A stretch of DNA of 64,000 bases from positions 21,700,001 through 21,764,000 of the forward strand of contig NC_043000.1 of NCBI RefSeq assembly GCF_006345805.1. The letters are read 5' to 3'. The stretch comes from Octopus sinensis (taxonomy: Eukaryota). A model generated the notes under the pieces. That model saw nothing but the letters and a program-made list of their open reading frames with translations, was not told the DNA's origin and did not search any database. Shown here piece by piece: positions 37,701-50,590 of this stretch. The position numbers were made by a program, and so were the translations under genes. How positions within the stretch are numbered: the first letter of the stretch is position 1; the number at the start of each line of letters is the position of its first letter.

Positions 37701-38148
37701 GTCTGGGTCAACAGTTCGTTTCCTCGGAGGATATGGAAATTCCTATTACCCGTCAGACAAATAACTCCAGCAGCTCACAACTATTTCAACAAAGACAAGG
37801 TTACCTGCTTACCAGTCGAATTCAGCGTCAACGCTCACGTATGACAGAAACTCCAACACACACACACATCTATACATATATATATATATATAATGTGTGC
37901 ATTATGTGGTCGGTTGAGCTGAAAATATGCAGACCTATGTTAAAAGTGCTGGCAAGTTTGCATGACAAATATTTTTTTTCCTCAAATGAAAGGTGTGACC
38001 TCTAGGACAAAATTCCTCATCTTATAAAATGTGGCCCCAGTACACCCGAATGAAATCGGGTTATATTAACCAAAATGTGAAAAGGGGTCTAAATGGGGCT
38101 GGAAGGGGATTAATATTTAAAGGAGCGGGTGTTTAGGAATTCTCTGTT

Positions 38149-38500
38149 ACATCAAGCTAAAAAATTTGTGCCAGCCTTTTAATCATCAATGTGTTGCCGT
38201 CCATGATGAAGAAGTTTTGAATGCTTGCCATGGTGAGTCTACTGTCGTGAGAAAGAATCACTTCAAAACTTGGTGTTTACGAATTTTATTTTACATCAAG
38301 TTCAAAATTTTACGCCAGCCGTTAAACTGTCAAAACGTTGCTGTCCGTCGTTAAGAAATGCCAGCCATGGTGATTCTACTATCCTCAGATTCTATCCCTT
38401 CAAACTTTGGTTTCCAATATTTTATTATTTTTATTCAGCTCACAAGTTCGTCTGTCCCTTTTAAATGTTAGCGTTTTGCTGTCTGCCTTGAAGCAGACCT
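38149..38500. repeat. Diverged ~144-bp tandem repeat, ~2.5 copies
   Basis: acatcaag...gccagcc...gttgc(c/t)gtcc...gccatggtga(g/t)tctact at 38149 and 38293. Confidence 0.6.
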
Positions 38501-39220
38501 TTGTGTTGCCACTGCCTGATATTTATGATTTGATCTTTCCAAATATTTTATTTCTCAACTTACTCAAGATCTTTTGTTGTTTATAAATGGGAGAGAGAGG
38601 GATAAAGATAGAGAGTAAGAGAAAGCGAGGGAGTGTCCGAGAGAAAGGAAGAGTAAGAGAGTGGGGAAAGTGAGAGAGAAAGGAGAGAGAAACAAAGAGG
38701 GAGAATCATCATCATCATCATCATCATCGTCGTTTAACATCCGTTTTCCGTGCTAGCACGGGTTGGACAGTGTGACCGGGGTCTGGGAAGCCAGGAGGCT
38801 GCACCAGGCTCCAGTCTGATCTGGCAGTGTTTCTACAGGTTGATGCCCTTCCTAATGCCAACCACTCTGTGAGCGTAGTGGGTGCTTTTTTCGTGCCGCC
38901 GGCACAGGTGCCAGGGGGGCTCGCAGTGGCCACGATCGGTTGGTGCTTTTTACGTGCCACCGGCACAGAAGCCAGTCAAGGCGGCGCTGCCTATCGGCCA
39001 CGTTCGGATGGTACTTTTTACGTGCTGAAAGGAAGCAACAGAAAGTAACAACCACACTCTTACCCGAGTAATAAAGAGCATGGAAACTTGTTCATCCACA
39101 AAATTTACTTTATAGTTATATATACAGCTTATTATAATACCTGCATGTGTTTCTGTTGCCGTGACTACTCACTGTTGCAAGTGAAATGTCGCAATATTGC
39201 CGGTGCAGCTTCATTGGCGC

Positions 39221-39411
39221 AATGAACAATTAAATTACACCATCTAGAAAATTACATATAATAGAAATATTAAAATTAAAATAACAATAAAATACCGATG
39301 ATTAAGTAAATTTCAAAACAATAATAAAAACGTATATAATTTTATTGTTATTTTAATTTTAATATTTCTATTATATGTAATTTTCTAGATGGTGTAATTT
39401 AATTGTTCATT
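39221..39411. repeat. Perfect 73-bp inverted repeat with 45-nt spacer
   Basis: 39221-39293 is the exact reverse complement of 39339-39411 (checked base by base). Confidence 0.95.
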
Positions 39412-39484
39412 TTGAATTGATAAAAGGTGGTTCTTTCTAATTTTTTATATATATATATATATGTATGTATGTATGTCTATTTAT

Positions 39485-39955
39485 GTCAGGTCACTTTCGA
39501 GTGCTACTGGTAACATGTAATCCAGTACAACCTGTTGCATGTTTGGGCCATCGGCGACTAAACTGGCAACCCCACCAAACTTGCTTGGTGAAGAGGGTGA
39601 TTATTGGACACCCTGCGGGATGAAAGACAAAACCCGTCAAAGGGCGGAGGAACTCTTGAGAGTCAACGGCCATCCGATAAATGTGTATTTTTTTTTCTCT
39701 TAAAGCTTAAGGCTGTATCATGCGCGGGGACATAGAAATAATCGGACTGAATACCCGATCACACGGTTAAACCATTGGGAGTGAAGGACTCCTAGCCTTT
39801 GTTAGGGCATCCTTCTAGGAGAAGGTAACTCAGGTAACTGGGATAACTCCGACATAAAACCTGCGGTTCAGTGGTTACCGATGATGTTGACTTGTTCTTC
39901 TTTTCGGATTATGGCTGCTGTTGCTTAGTGAGTGGGATTGACTCAGTGCACAGCC
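39485..39955 (+). mobile_element. Probable RTE LINE 5' region fragment
   Basis: 'ggcaaccccaccaaac' and 'ctaggagaaggtaactc...ataaaacc' resemble RTE/BovB-type 5' ends as I recall them. Confidence 0.4.
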
Positions 39956-40539
39956 TTTTCTCACTTTAAAAAAATCTTCTTGCACAGGCATTGCACAATA
40001 ACAACATTGTTCATGATTGTTGATGGTGCTGTGAATCTCAACTGAATGGCTGGCTGTAGCCTTAAAAAAGCAAATAAAAGTCACATTCAATCACAGCACC
40101 AATAACAGTTAAGCTTCGTGCAATGGCCATACTCGATAACGAGGGGGCAGCCATCATGTATGTATATAATAAACAGGAAGGGAGAAGGAGAGAAAGAAAG
40201 AGCAGGTTGTGTAACTGGGTGTTACAAGTGGTTGTGAAGGACAAGAAACCCTACATCATGATAAGTGTTCCATAAATAGTAACAGTTTAGGAAATTATCT
40301 TGATCAGCAGCAGCAGCACCAGTGGCAGCAGCAGCAGCATCTATCTTCCATGCAGATTACACTACATTAATTATGGTTTTCTTTTACTTGTTTCAGTCAT
40401 GTGACTGCACCTGTTTGTGTATTGTTATTATTATTACTATCTTTTTTGTTCTATAAATGTGACCTGTTGCACTGTTTCTTGTTATATTTAAATTCTCATC
40501 TTTGTGAATTATTTACTTCATAAAAATTCACTAAAGCCT

Positions 40540-41040
40540 TCTACTGTATCTGACATGAGAATCTCTTCGCTAAACTGTTTCTCTATGAATTTCATTCTCC
40601 TGTCTTCTGTCTATACATCATTGCAGCACATGCTGACAGGACATTCGCCATCAGAACAATATTAACGCTTGCCCATCTTAAAGTTCAGCTATGTCCAGTA
40701 TGTTAGTGATATTTTTCCTGTATGTTAATGACCTACTTACTGTCACATCTAACAACACTAAGTCCTATGTATGCTATCAATCTTTGCTCTGATCTTCTCC
40801 TCATAGGTATCATCCACAAGCAACTTAAACAGCTCACATCATATCTGCACGACCTTTGTAAACAGTGGCCTCCAAGATAAGCTAATCTCTTTCAACAATA
40901 CAAAAAAAAAAAAGAAACAATTACAACTCACGTCAAGGGTGTAATTTACAATCTCTTCTCTTTCAACTCCTTAACTATGAACAATAATAAACCCTCACAA
41001 TTTCTGATCATTTCTCTTGACAACCTGATAACACTCACAC
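40540..41040 (+). mobile_element. Heavily decayed CR1/L2-like RT fragment
   Basis: FFLYVNDLLTVTSNNTKSY and LISFNNTK-like remnants. Confidence 0.4.
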
Positions 41041-41194
41041 TACTGTGTGCCCCCCCCCCCCGGCCTTTGGGTCTGTGCTGCTGCTACACACACAAGGCCA
41101 GATTAAGACTCATACAGGCCCTAAGCACTTAAAAAGTTTTGCTGTTCCCAGATGTATATATAATTCAATAGATAAACAATAATAAAAAATTCAA

Positions 41195-41585
41195 TCTCTC
41201 TATATATAAAGCTGAAGTTGTTTGTGTATTGCAGGTTTGGTAGCCTTCAACTAACATTATCTCCTCCGAGACCCTGTGGCACAAGTTGACCAAAAGTGAG
41301 AGTATGATAGAAGAAGGCTTGCTCTTCCTTCCATAGAAGAAAATATTCAAATCGGACCATGTCAACACCAAAAATTATTTACATCACAAAGGTGCTTTCT
41401 TTCTATGAAAATCCCTATTTTTTACGATTTTTTTACTGCTGTGTCACCATTTTTAGGTGTATTTCAACCAGAAAATGTTCACTTAAAGAGAATAACAAGC
41501 TACATAATGCAAAATTTTTACTTTTCAAAAATTCCAATTCTAAAGGGTCGAAACAAACCCGAGCAACGCCAGGCAATACTGCTAG
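41195..41585 (+). mobile_element. Non-autonomous Helitron
   Basis: A|TCTCTCTATATATAAAG ... cccgagcaacgccaggcaatactgCTAG|T. Confidence 0.8.
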
Positions 41586-41779
41586 TTATTTATATTTTTC
41601 AAAATGAAACAAAACTAAAAGTAAGATGAGAAATAATGTTTATTTTTGTTTACTTTTACTTTATTTATATTTTGAAAGTTTTCTTCTCCCCACCAACTTT
41701 TTTTTTTCTTTCATTGCAAAGTCTTTGATCAGATTCTCACTATGACAGCATGAACACTTTGAATATTATTTCAGCATGT

Positions 41780-42008
41780 TTAACCCTTTAGCATTTAAAC
41801 CGGCCGTATCCAGCCAAAAGTATTCTGCCTGTTTTATGTTCAAACTGGCCAGATCTGGTCTCTCGCACCAACCCTACAATATCGTTTTAAAAATTAACAG
41901 CTACCTCATCAAAATCTCATAGCTCCAAGATAATGCCTGATTAGTTCAAGGTAATGTGGATAAAAAAGGATTAATTTTGGCGGAATAATGCGAACACTAA
42001 AGGGTTAA
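41780..42008. mobile_element. piggyBac-type MITE, second family
   Basis: ttaaCCCTTTAG...CTAAAGGGttaa; partial relative at ~62598-62810. Confidence 0.8.
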
Positions 42009-43141
42009 AGTGATCTCTTTTCGTGCCGTAGACCATTTACGATTTCTGAGGTGCTCCCCCCCCACTCCCTTGATACCCTAAGAATGTGTTTATTTTGCTT
42101 AATGTTTAATCCAGCACTGCACACACAAACACACACACACACACATACACACATGTACACACACATACAGCCTTGACTGCATTCAAAAGAAAACCATCCG
42201 ATTGGAAAAACTCACTCATTAACACACAACAAACAATTTCTTGTCCACTGGCACAAGACCTGAAATTTTGGGGAAGGTACTCAACAGGTACTTATTTTAC
42301 TGACTCCAAAAGGATGAATGTAAAGACAAACAAAATACTGATAAGCATTTCACCCTACATGTTATCAATTCTGTCAGCTCACAGCCTTACAATAATAATT
42401 ATTACTTAGACACAAGGCCTTGAAAATTTTGGGGGAAAGGGTCTAGTTGATTTCATTGACCCCAGTACATATATGGTACTTATTTTATCGACCCTGAAAA
42501 GATGAAAGGCAAAGGTGACCTCGGCGGAAGTTGAACTCAGAACGCAGCAGTAGATGAAATACTGCTGAGCATTTCACCTGGCATGCTAATGATTCTGCCA
42601 GCTCACCGCCTTTACAATAATAATAATAATAATCGTTTCTACTGGGAGCACAAGGCGTCAAATTTGGAGGAAGGCACTAAGTTGATTACATCGACCCCAG
42701 TACGTAGCTGATTCTTAATTTATCAACCCCAAAAGGATGAAAAGTGAAGTTGACCTCAGCAGAATTTGAACTCAGAACACAGCGGTAGATGAAATACTCC
42801 TTAATCATTTAACGTCTGCTTTCCATGCTAGCATGGGTTGGACAATTTGACTGAGGACTGGCGAACCAGATGGCTGCACCAGGCTCCAATCTGATCTGGC
42901 AGAGTTTCTACAGCTGGATGCCCTTCCTAATACCAACCACTCCGAGAGTGTAGCGGGTGCTTTTACGTGCCACCGGTACGAGGGCCAGTCAGGTGGTACT
43001 CACAACGGCCACACACAAATGGTGATAGATAGACAGACAGACAGAAGGACAGATGGTCGGATGGACAGACAGACAGACAGAAAGGTAGGTAGGTGGATAA
43101 GTAGGTAGATAGGTAGACAGACAGACAAACAGATAGATAGG

Positions 43142-43197
<56 letters not shown>

Positions 43198-44110
43198 CAC
43201 TTATATATACACACATATACATGGATGAATGTTTGTTACAGTCTCCTATTGTGTAATAGGTGTAAATGAGCGTCACCGTCATACAAGCAGCATTCTTTGT
43301 TTCCAGTCTTCCATGTTTGGTTGTGGGGAAATATTAGCTTATTTGGAAACAGATGAGGACTAGTAACAGAAAGACCATCTGGCTGAAGGAAATCTTCTTC
43401 AATGGAAAACTGCATGTTAAAATGATGATGGAGGTGATGGTGATGGCAGTGATGGTGGGAGCAGCAGTGATGATAATGACAACAGCGATGATATTTATAG
43501 CTACATAACCAGTTTGCACTTAACTTACAGAACTTCCCTCTGCAGAACAGACCAGAAAAACAGCTCAACTGGATTAACTTCGCCTAGTTTTTGTGCCATT
43601 TTATTGAGAATGTCTACACTCTTCCAGATTACAGAGAAATGAAGCATCTCACAGCCATTTAGCAAAAATGCTATGAATAGCATTTGTTGATTCTACTCAT
43701 TTGCATATCAGCATGTCCACTGGCTGAGTACTTTAGTTAATTAGCACGGTGCTAGTTAATATAATGATAATGATGGTGATTTCATAGCTTTAGATAAATT
43801 TCCATTCTTACATTTGTGAATAATTAAATTAATTACATGAGTAATCTAATTTAATTTTTTTTTTAAATAATAATTATTGAATTAAATTAGTTTTATCCAC
43901 AAACACTGTATTAACTAAATCTCTTAGCAGATTATCTTAATATCTAAGTAGATAAAAATATAACATGGGTTTATGAATAGCTTGCTTTGTATGATGAAAC
44001 TCAAAAGCATAAAGTTTTAACAAAATATCCACGGATCAATCAATCAACAACAAGCTTAAATCATTAGTTTACAGGTTGCACTGCATCCATTGTCTGCTAG
44101 GCTGCTGCTG

Positions 44111-44183
<73 letters not shown>

Positions 44184-44595
44184 AATGACTTCTGCAGCTC
44201 TGAACTTCCCTATATACATATGCTCTTTAACCAAACCCCTCTGACATTCCCATCTACAATTCTCTTCCTCTCTTTCTTACAGAGACCCATCTTCCAGATG
44301 CTAATATTGCTTTCAGATTTTGGCACAAGGCCAGCAATTTCAGGGGAAGGGGTAAGTCGATTACATTGAAACCCAGTACTCAACTGATACTTATTTTATT
44401 GACCCCAAAAGGATAAAATATATACATATGTATATATAGGCGTAGAAGTGGCTGTGTGGTAAGAAGCTTGCTTAAAAACCACATGGTTCCAGGTTCAGTC
44501 CCACTGCATGGCACCTTGGGCAAGTGTCTTCTACTATAGCCTCGGGCCGACTAAAGCCTTGTGAGTGGATTTGGCAGATGGAAACTGAAAGAAGC

Positions 44596-44650
<55 letters not shown>

Positions 44651-45302
44651 GTATGTGTATGTATGCATTTGTGTGTCTGTGTTTGTCCCCACAACATCGC
44701 TTGACAACCTATGCTGGTATGTTTACGTCCCTGTAACTTAGCAGTTCAGCAAAAGAGACTGATAGAATAAGTACAAGGCTTACAAAGAATAAGTCCTGGG
44801 GTCGATTTGCTTGACTAAAGGCGGTACTCCAGCATGGCCACAGTCAAATGACTGAAACAAGTAAACGAGTAATATATATCCAGCGTTTGGCCAAGCCTGA
44901 ACTTTCTTTCTTGGTCTGGCCATTATCTGTGCAACATCAATATTCCTCTCTGTGCCTGTGAAATCTTGAATCCCTACCATGAGGCTTCATTTCCACGCAT
45001 GCCAGCTTAAATTAATTTGTCCTTAGTCAAAAGACACCCGTTTGCTTTTATTGCATTTCTGTAACATTGTCCGTGTTTTTTCTGTCCTTGTTTTTGTATA
45101 CATTCACTGCTTTCTTCCAAGGAATCTAATGCTCTTAGCTTAGTTTTTCCTTGGAGCTGACCAGATTGGAGCAATCTTGAGTTTAATTAGCCAAAATTGT
45201 GAAGATATCGGGTACTTGACTGAGGAAAGAAAACTTTGAATGACCAGTCCTTGTTTTCTTTGTATCATCTACCTGGATGTTTTGTGTTCTTGTCCCATTT
45301 TG

Positions 45303-45354
<52 letters not shown>

Positions 45355-46916
45355 ACCGAATTGAACCAGCCAGGATCCCTGGCCTGGTGGTACGTAAAAA
45401 GCACTATCCGACTCGTGGCCGTGGCACGTAAAATACTCCAATGCGACCGTACGACAGGCACCCATGCCAACCCCCTTTGCTTGTGAAGACATGTTGGGGC
45501 AAGCGAAATCGAAATCGAATTGAACCAGCCAGGATCCCTGGTCTGGTGGTACGTAAAAAGCACTATCCAACTCGTGGCCGTGGCACGTAAAATACTCCAA
45601 TGCGACCGTACGACAGGCACCCATGCCAACCCCCTTTGCTTGTGAAGACATGTTGGGGCAAGCGAAATCGAAATCGAATTGAACCAGCCAGGATCCCTGG
45701 TCTGGTGGTACTAAAAGCACTATCCGACTCGTGGCCGATGCCAGCACCGCCTCGACTGGCTTCCGTGCCGGTGGCACATAAAATACACCAATCTGACCGT
45801 GGCCGTTGCCAGCCCCACCTGGCACCTGTGCAGGTGGCACGTAAAAAGCACCCACTACACTCACGGAGTGGTTGGCGTTAGGAAGGGCATCCAGCTGTAG
45901 AAACATTGCCAGATTAGACTGGAGCCTGGTGCAGCCTTCTGGCTTCCCAGAACCCCGGTCGAACCGTCCAACCCATGCTAGCATGGAGAACGGACGTTAA
46001 ATGACGATGATGATGATGATGATATATATATATGTGTATGTATGTATGTATGTAGACATACATATATATATATACATATATACATACATATATATACATA
46101 CATACATATATATATACATGCATGCACACATACATGCATACATACACACACATATAATAGAAGTTGAAAATGCCCTGAGAATAGTTAAAATACATAACTT
46201 ACAAGCAGCGCTACGGATGTACCAGCGCACACGAGACTGAGACATGGCCGACCTCATGCACTTCTCATGAGGAATCCTGGAAGGACATTCGTGAGACCAC
46301 TGCTGAGACGCTTCAAAAAAATATAATAAAGAAGAAAAGCCATTGGAAAACCGATTATAGCAGAGACTCCATCTAAGAATATCTGAAGAAGGAATTTTTA
46401 TTCCGAAATGTCATATCAGACTATGGATGACTAAATTACAACAGCTATATAGCCCATTGTCTGCATTATAGTGCATTGTTGTACCATACAAAACTTTATA
46501 TTCTTTATAAACAAGACACAATGCTTCAAGCGAACAACAATACTCTCCTTGATTCTTAGTATTCATTACCTGCCACTCCTTGAATAAAGGACAAGAGTGA
46601 GTTGACAGCTCATGGCTAGGTATGGTCATAAATATTATCATATGTACTCCTTTCCCTCAGGGAGGAAATAACACTTTAGGAGTAGTCAGTTGGATATAAG
46701 TAGCTGTCTATAAATTGATGTAATGATTGCATTATTCAATTAAGTGGAGATGCTTGAAATGGTCAGACAGCATCATTACTTGAAATCCTGTTGCTTTTTT
46801 TATTTTATTCACCTTACTTTGAGCTGTGTGGATAATACTGGACTGACTTGGTGCCTTGGTGCTTCACCTTAGGTACCTAATTCAACTGAATCTCAATTAT
46901 TTCTTTATGTATGTAT

Positions 46917-48538
46917 CATCATCATCATCATCATCATCGTTTAGCGTCCGCTTTCCATGCTAGCATGGGTTGGACGGGTCAACTGGGGTCTGTGAAGCTG
47001 GAAGGCTTCATCAGGCCTAGTCAGATCTGGCAGTGTCACCGGCACGGGGCCAGGCGATGCTGGCAACGGACACGAACGGATGGTGCTTTTACATGCCACC
47101 GACACGGGGCCAGACAGAGCTGGCAACCGGCCACGAACAGACGGTGCTTTTACGTGTCACCGGCACGGGGGCCAGCCGAGGCTGGCAACGGACGCGAACG
47201 GATGGTGCTTTTACGTGCCACCGACACGGTTGCCAGACAGAGCTGGCAAATGGCCACGAGCGGACGGTGCTTTTACGTGTCACCGGCACGGGGGCCAGCC
47301 GAGGCTGGCAACGGACACGGACGGATGGTGCTTTTACGTGCCACCGACACGGGGCCAGACAGAGCTGGCAAACGGCCACGAACGGATGATGCTTTTACGT
47401 GTCACCGGCACGGGGGCCAGCTGAGGCTGGCAACGGACGCGAACGGATGGTGCTTTTACGTGCCACCGACACGGATGCCAGACAGAGCTGGCAAACGGCC
47501 ACGAACGGATGGTGCTTTTACGTGCCACCGACACGGGGCCAGACAGAGCTGGCCAACGGCCACGAACGGACGGTGCTTTTACGTGTCACCGCACGGGGCC
47601 AGGCGAGGCTGGCAACGAACACGAACGGATGGTGCTTTTATGTGCCACCGACACGGGGCCAGGCAGAGCTGGCAAACGGCCATGAGCGAATGGTGCTTTT
47701 ACGTATCACCGGCACGGGTGCCAGACGAGGCTGACAGCGGACACGAACAGATGGGTCACTTAACCCCTTCTTTCTGATATATGATTTGATTTTGATTGTT
47801 CTCACTGGTCTTGCCGGGTCTTCTCACGCACAGCATACTTCCATAGGTCTCGGTCTCTGGTCATTTCCTTGGTGAGACCTAGAGTTCGAAGGTCGTGCTT
47901 CACCACCTCGACCCAGGTTTTCCTGGGTCTACCTCTTCCACAGGTCCCCTCAACTGCCAGGGTGTGGCACTTTTTCACACACCTATCTTCATCCATTCTC
48001 ACCACATGACCATACCAGCGCAATCGTCTCTCTTGCACACAACATCTGATTCCTCTTAGGTCCAACTTTTCTCTCAAGGTACTTACTCTCAAGGTACTTA
48101 CTCTCAAGGTACTTTTCTCTCAAGGCTAACTAGGAAGATGGTTTTTGTATGTGGCAGATGCTCGGGAGCATTAACCTCTGAAAATCTGCAGAAAACAACT
48201 TCCGTCACTTTCCAGGGGGAAAAACTAGAAGTAGTTGATAGCTTCCGTTATCTTGGTGACCAAGTCAGTAGTGGGGGTGGGTGTGCTGAAAGTGTAACTG
48301 CTAGAGTAAGAATAGCCTGGGCAAAGTTTAGGGAGCTCTTACCTCTGTTGGTGACTAAAGGCCTCTCGCTCAGAGTAAAAGGCAGACTGTATGATGCATG
48401 TGTACGAACAGCCATGCTACATGGCAGTGAAACATGGGCCGTGACTGCTGAGGACATGCGTAAGCTCGTGAGAAATGAAGCTAGTATGCTCCTTTGGATG
48501 TGTAATGTCAGTGTTCATAGTCGACAGAGTGTAAGTAT
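46917..48538 (-). mobile_element. RTE LINE insertion with 5' inversion
   Basis: Tail and 3'UTR at 46917-47790, ORF end LREKLDL...RRLRWYGHVVRM on minus to ~48090, upstream ORF part FVCGRC...YLG...LHGSETW...SRQSVS on plus at 48138-48538. Confidence 0.85.
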
Positions 48539-49306
48539 GTATATATAATCAAATATAATCTGTAAGTGTTTTAAGGTATACCTTTTAATGTGAACCTCTA
48601 CCTTAATGATTCACGAAACAAAATTGGATAAAATGAATACCAGATTGTAATAAATGCCAGGCTAGATGTGATCTGCTAAAACCCTCAAGGTGATATCACA
48701 ACATGGCCGCAACCCATTGACTGAAAGCAACAAGAGAGTAAAGAAATAAATGGCTAAAGTTATGACTCTTTCGCTGCACTTTGATGCAATCTGCCATGAT
48801 AGTAAGATTTAAAGTGAAACTGCCATATTTCATGTGACCTAATTCCCCATATGTCTCGAGAGAACTTGTGATGTATTGTAACTGTACAAGTTAAAGACAG
48901 TTATAGAGTTGGACAATTAGCCAAGTGCGAGCCAACTGTAGTAGATAATTTAGTGCAAACATATTTATTGCATGGTGACAAGGCATTAAATAAGCTTACT
49001 TGAAATAACTATGTAGTTAAGCATACAGATAGATGAATAGATTATAGATAGACAAGTAGGTAGATAGGTAGGTGGATAGATAGATAGATAGATAGAGAAA
49101 GATATCTAAGTAGCTAAATAGATAGATACATACATATGTACATGCCTACATACATACATACATATATACATACACACACACAGGTGCATACATACATTAA
49201 TAGGCAGATAGACAGACAGACAGATAGATAAACACACGTATGCATTAGCTAACATACTTCATGACACCTACTACCTAAAAAATTTTAATAAAATGAATTA
49301 TATGTA

Positions 49307-49700
49307 TTAGGTTGTCCAAAAAGTCCGTGCCAATTTATAGTAGCTTATATTTCGACTTATTTTAGAACATGGTTGAGTCCATAAAATAGGATTTGACTAC
49401 ACCTCCATTTAGAGCACAGTTTAAGCTATCTTTTCATGGAAGAAGGTTTATGTTCCTATAACCTGTGTTAATTCTGTAACCCTTTAAAATGGAAGATAAG
49501 AAAGTTCATTTTCGGCACTTGATGCTTTGGGAACCAGGCAAAAATTGCTGCAGCTCAGCTTGGATGTGTTACCCCACCCTCCATATTCACCAGATATTGC
49601 TCCTTCGGATTTCCACTTATTCAGGTCTCTGCAGAATAGTCTTAATGGTAAAAATTTCAATTCCTTGGATGACGTAAAAAGATACCTTGATGAATTCTTT
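49307..49700 (+). mobile_element. Internally deleted mariner element
   Basis: TIR-like TATTAGGTTGTCC; MEDKKVHFRHLML joined directly to LPHPPYSPDIAPSDFHLFRSLQNSLNGKNF. Confidence 0.8.
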
Positions 49701-50309
49701 TAGATTCACACACTTAATGCAGCAGTCCCTCATTTTGTCTACGCCCTGTAAAAGAACTCAGAGGGTTGGGCATCAATTAGAACTTTTGTAATACCCTTAA
49801 AGCCAGGAACTTTTTAGCATCTCTTCATTCATAGTGTATATTTTGCTTAAACACCTATTTGCTGTTGGATAGTGTCCGGGTAAAACTTGCTATGCAACAC
49901 CAATTGTTAAAGAATACTGAATGTCCTAGACCAGGCAAGACAACATGCCTCAGAGTGATCAAGAATGGTAGATGCCAATATTTTACCATCAATACCAAGC
50001 ACTGAGACCATCCCAAAATTAAATGAATCACTGGTATGGAACTTGTATGCAAATAAAGTAAAGTTTATTTGCAGATGTGCTGAGGTGTAGCACATGAGAA
50101 AGAGAATTAAGTTACAAATTAAAAGCAGCTCTTGTTATTTTTGTTATTTAATTATTTGTTTATTTAGTTCCTTAAGTAACTTTCAGTTAGTGTTTATGTG
50201 TGTGTGAGGTACATACACACACAGACACAGATAAAGACACACACACACATATACATACATAATGGCCACCCACTCGCGACCAAGGAAAAACCATTACTGA
50301 CTTTTAGGA

Positions 50310-50590
50310 ACATTGTGCACTCAAGACCACCTTGTACTTTACACTTGCGGCTCCATTGGCGACTAACTTATGGTTTAGGAGTTCAGAAAAATGTTTAGTC
50401 CAGTGACCCATGGTCTCTGTTGATTTAATAAACAGAGTAGAAGACTCCTTGGAAAGCAAAGGAGCTGATGTAGAGATAATGGCAAAGTGCCAGGCATACT
50501 CACAAAGGACAGAGATCAAAATATAAATGGGATGGTTGAGTAAAGGGTAAGAGAGATATAGATTGTTAAATGCCAGGGCATACCTTTGAG
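50310..50590 (-). mobile_element. RTE (BovB-like) linker fragment
   Basis: SAPLLSKESSTLF...HWTKHFSELLN. Confidence 0.5.

Noticed and set aside
43529-43700. Minus-strand frame ...NPVELFFWSVLQREV before a GTAAGT donor, faintly TRPM-like
   Set aside because: No good acceptor for this frame and no partner exons found; similarity too short to support.
44284-44351. Plus-strand candidate exon (strong acceptor, GTAAGT donor)
   Set aside because: The donor and half of the exon come from a SINE-like repeat; no gene context.
46205-46310. Minus-strand candidate exon SQQWSHECPSRIPHEK...
   Set aside because: No homology recognised; the plus strand looks more like a decayed DNA-transposase remnant with stops.
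46911-47777. 288-aa ORF starting MYHHHHHHH
   Set aside because: Antisense reading of the RTE tail and tandem 3'UTR units.
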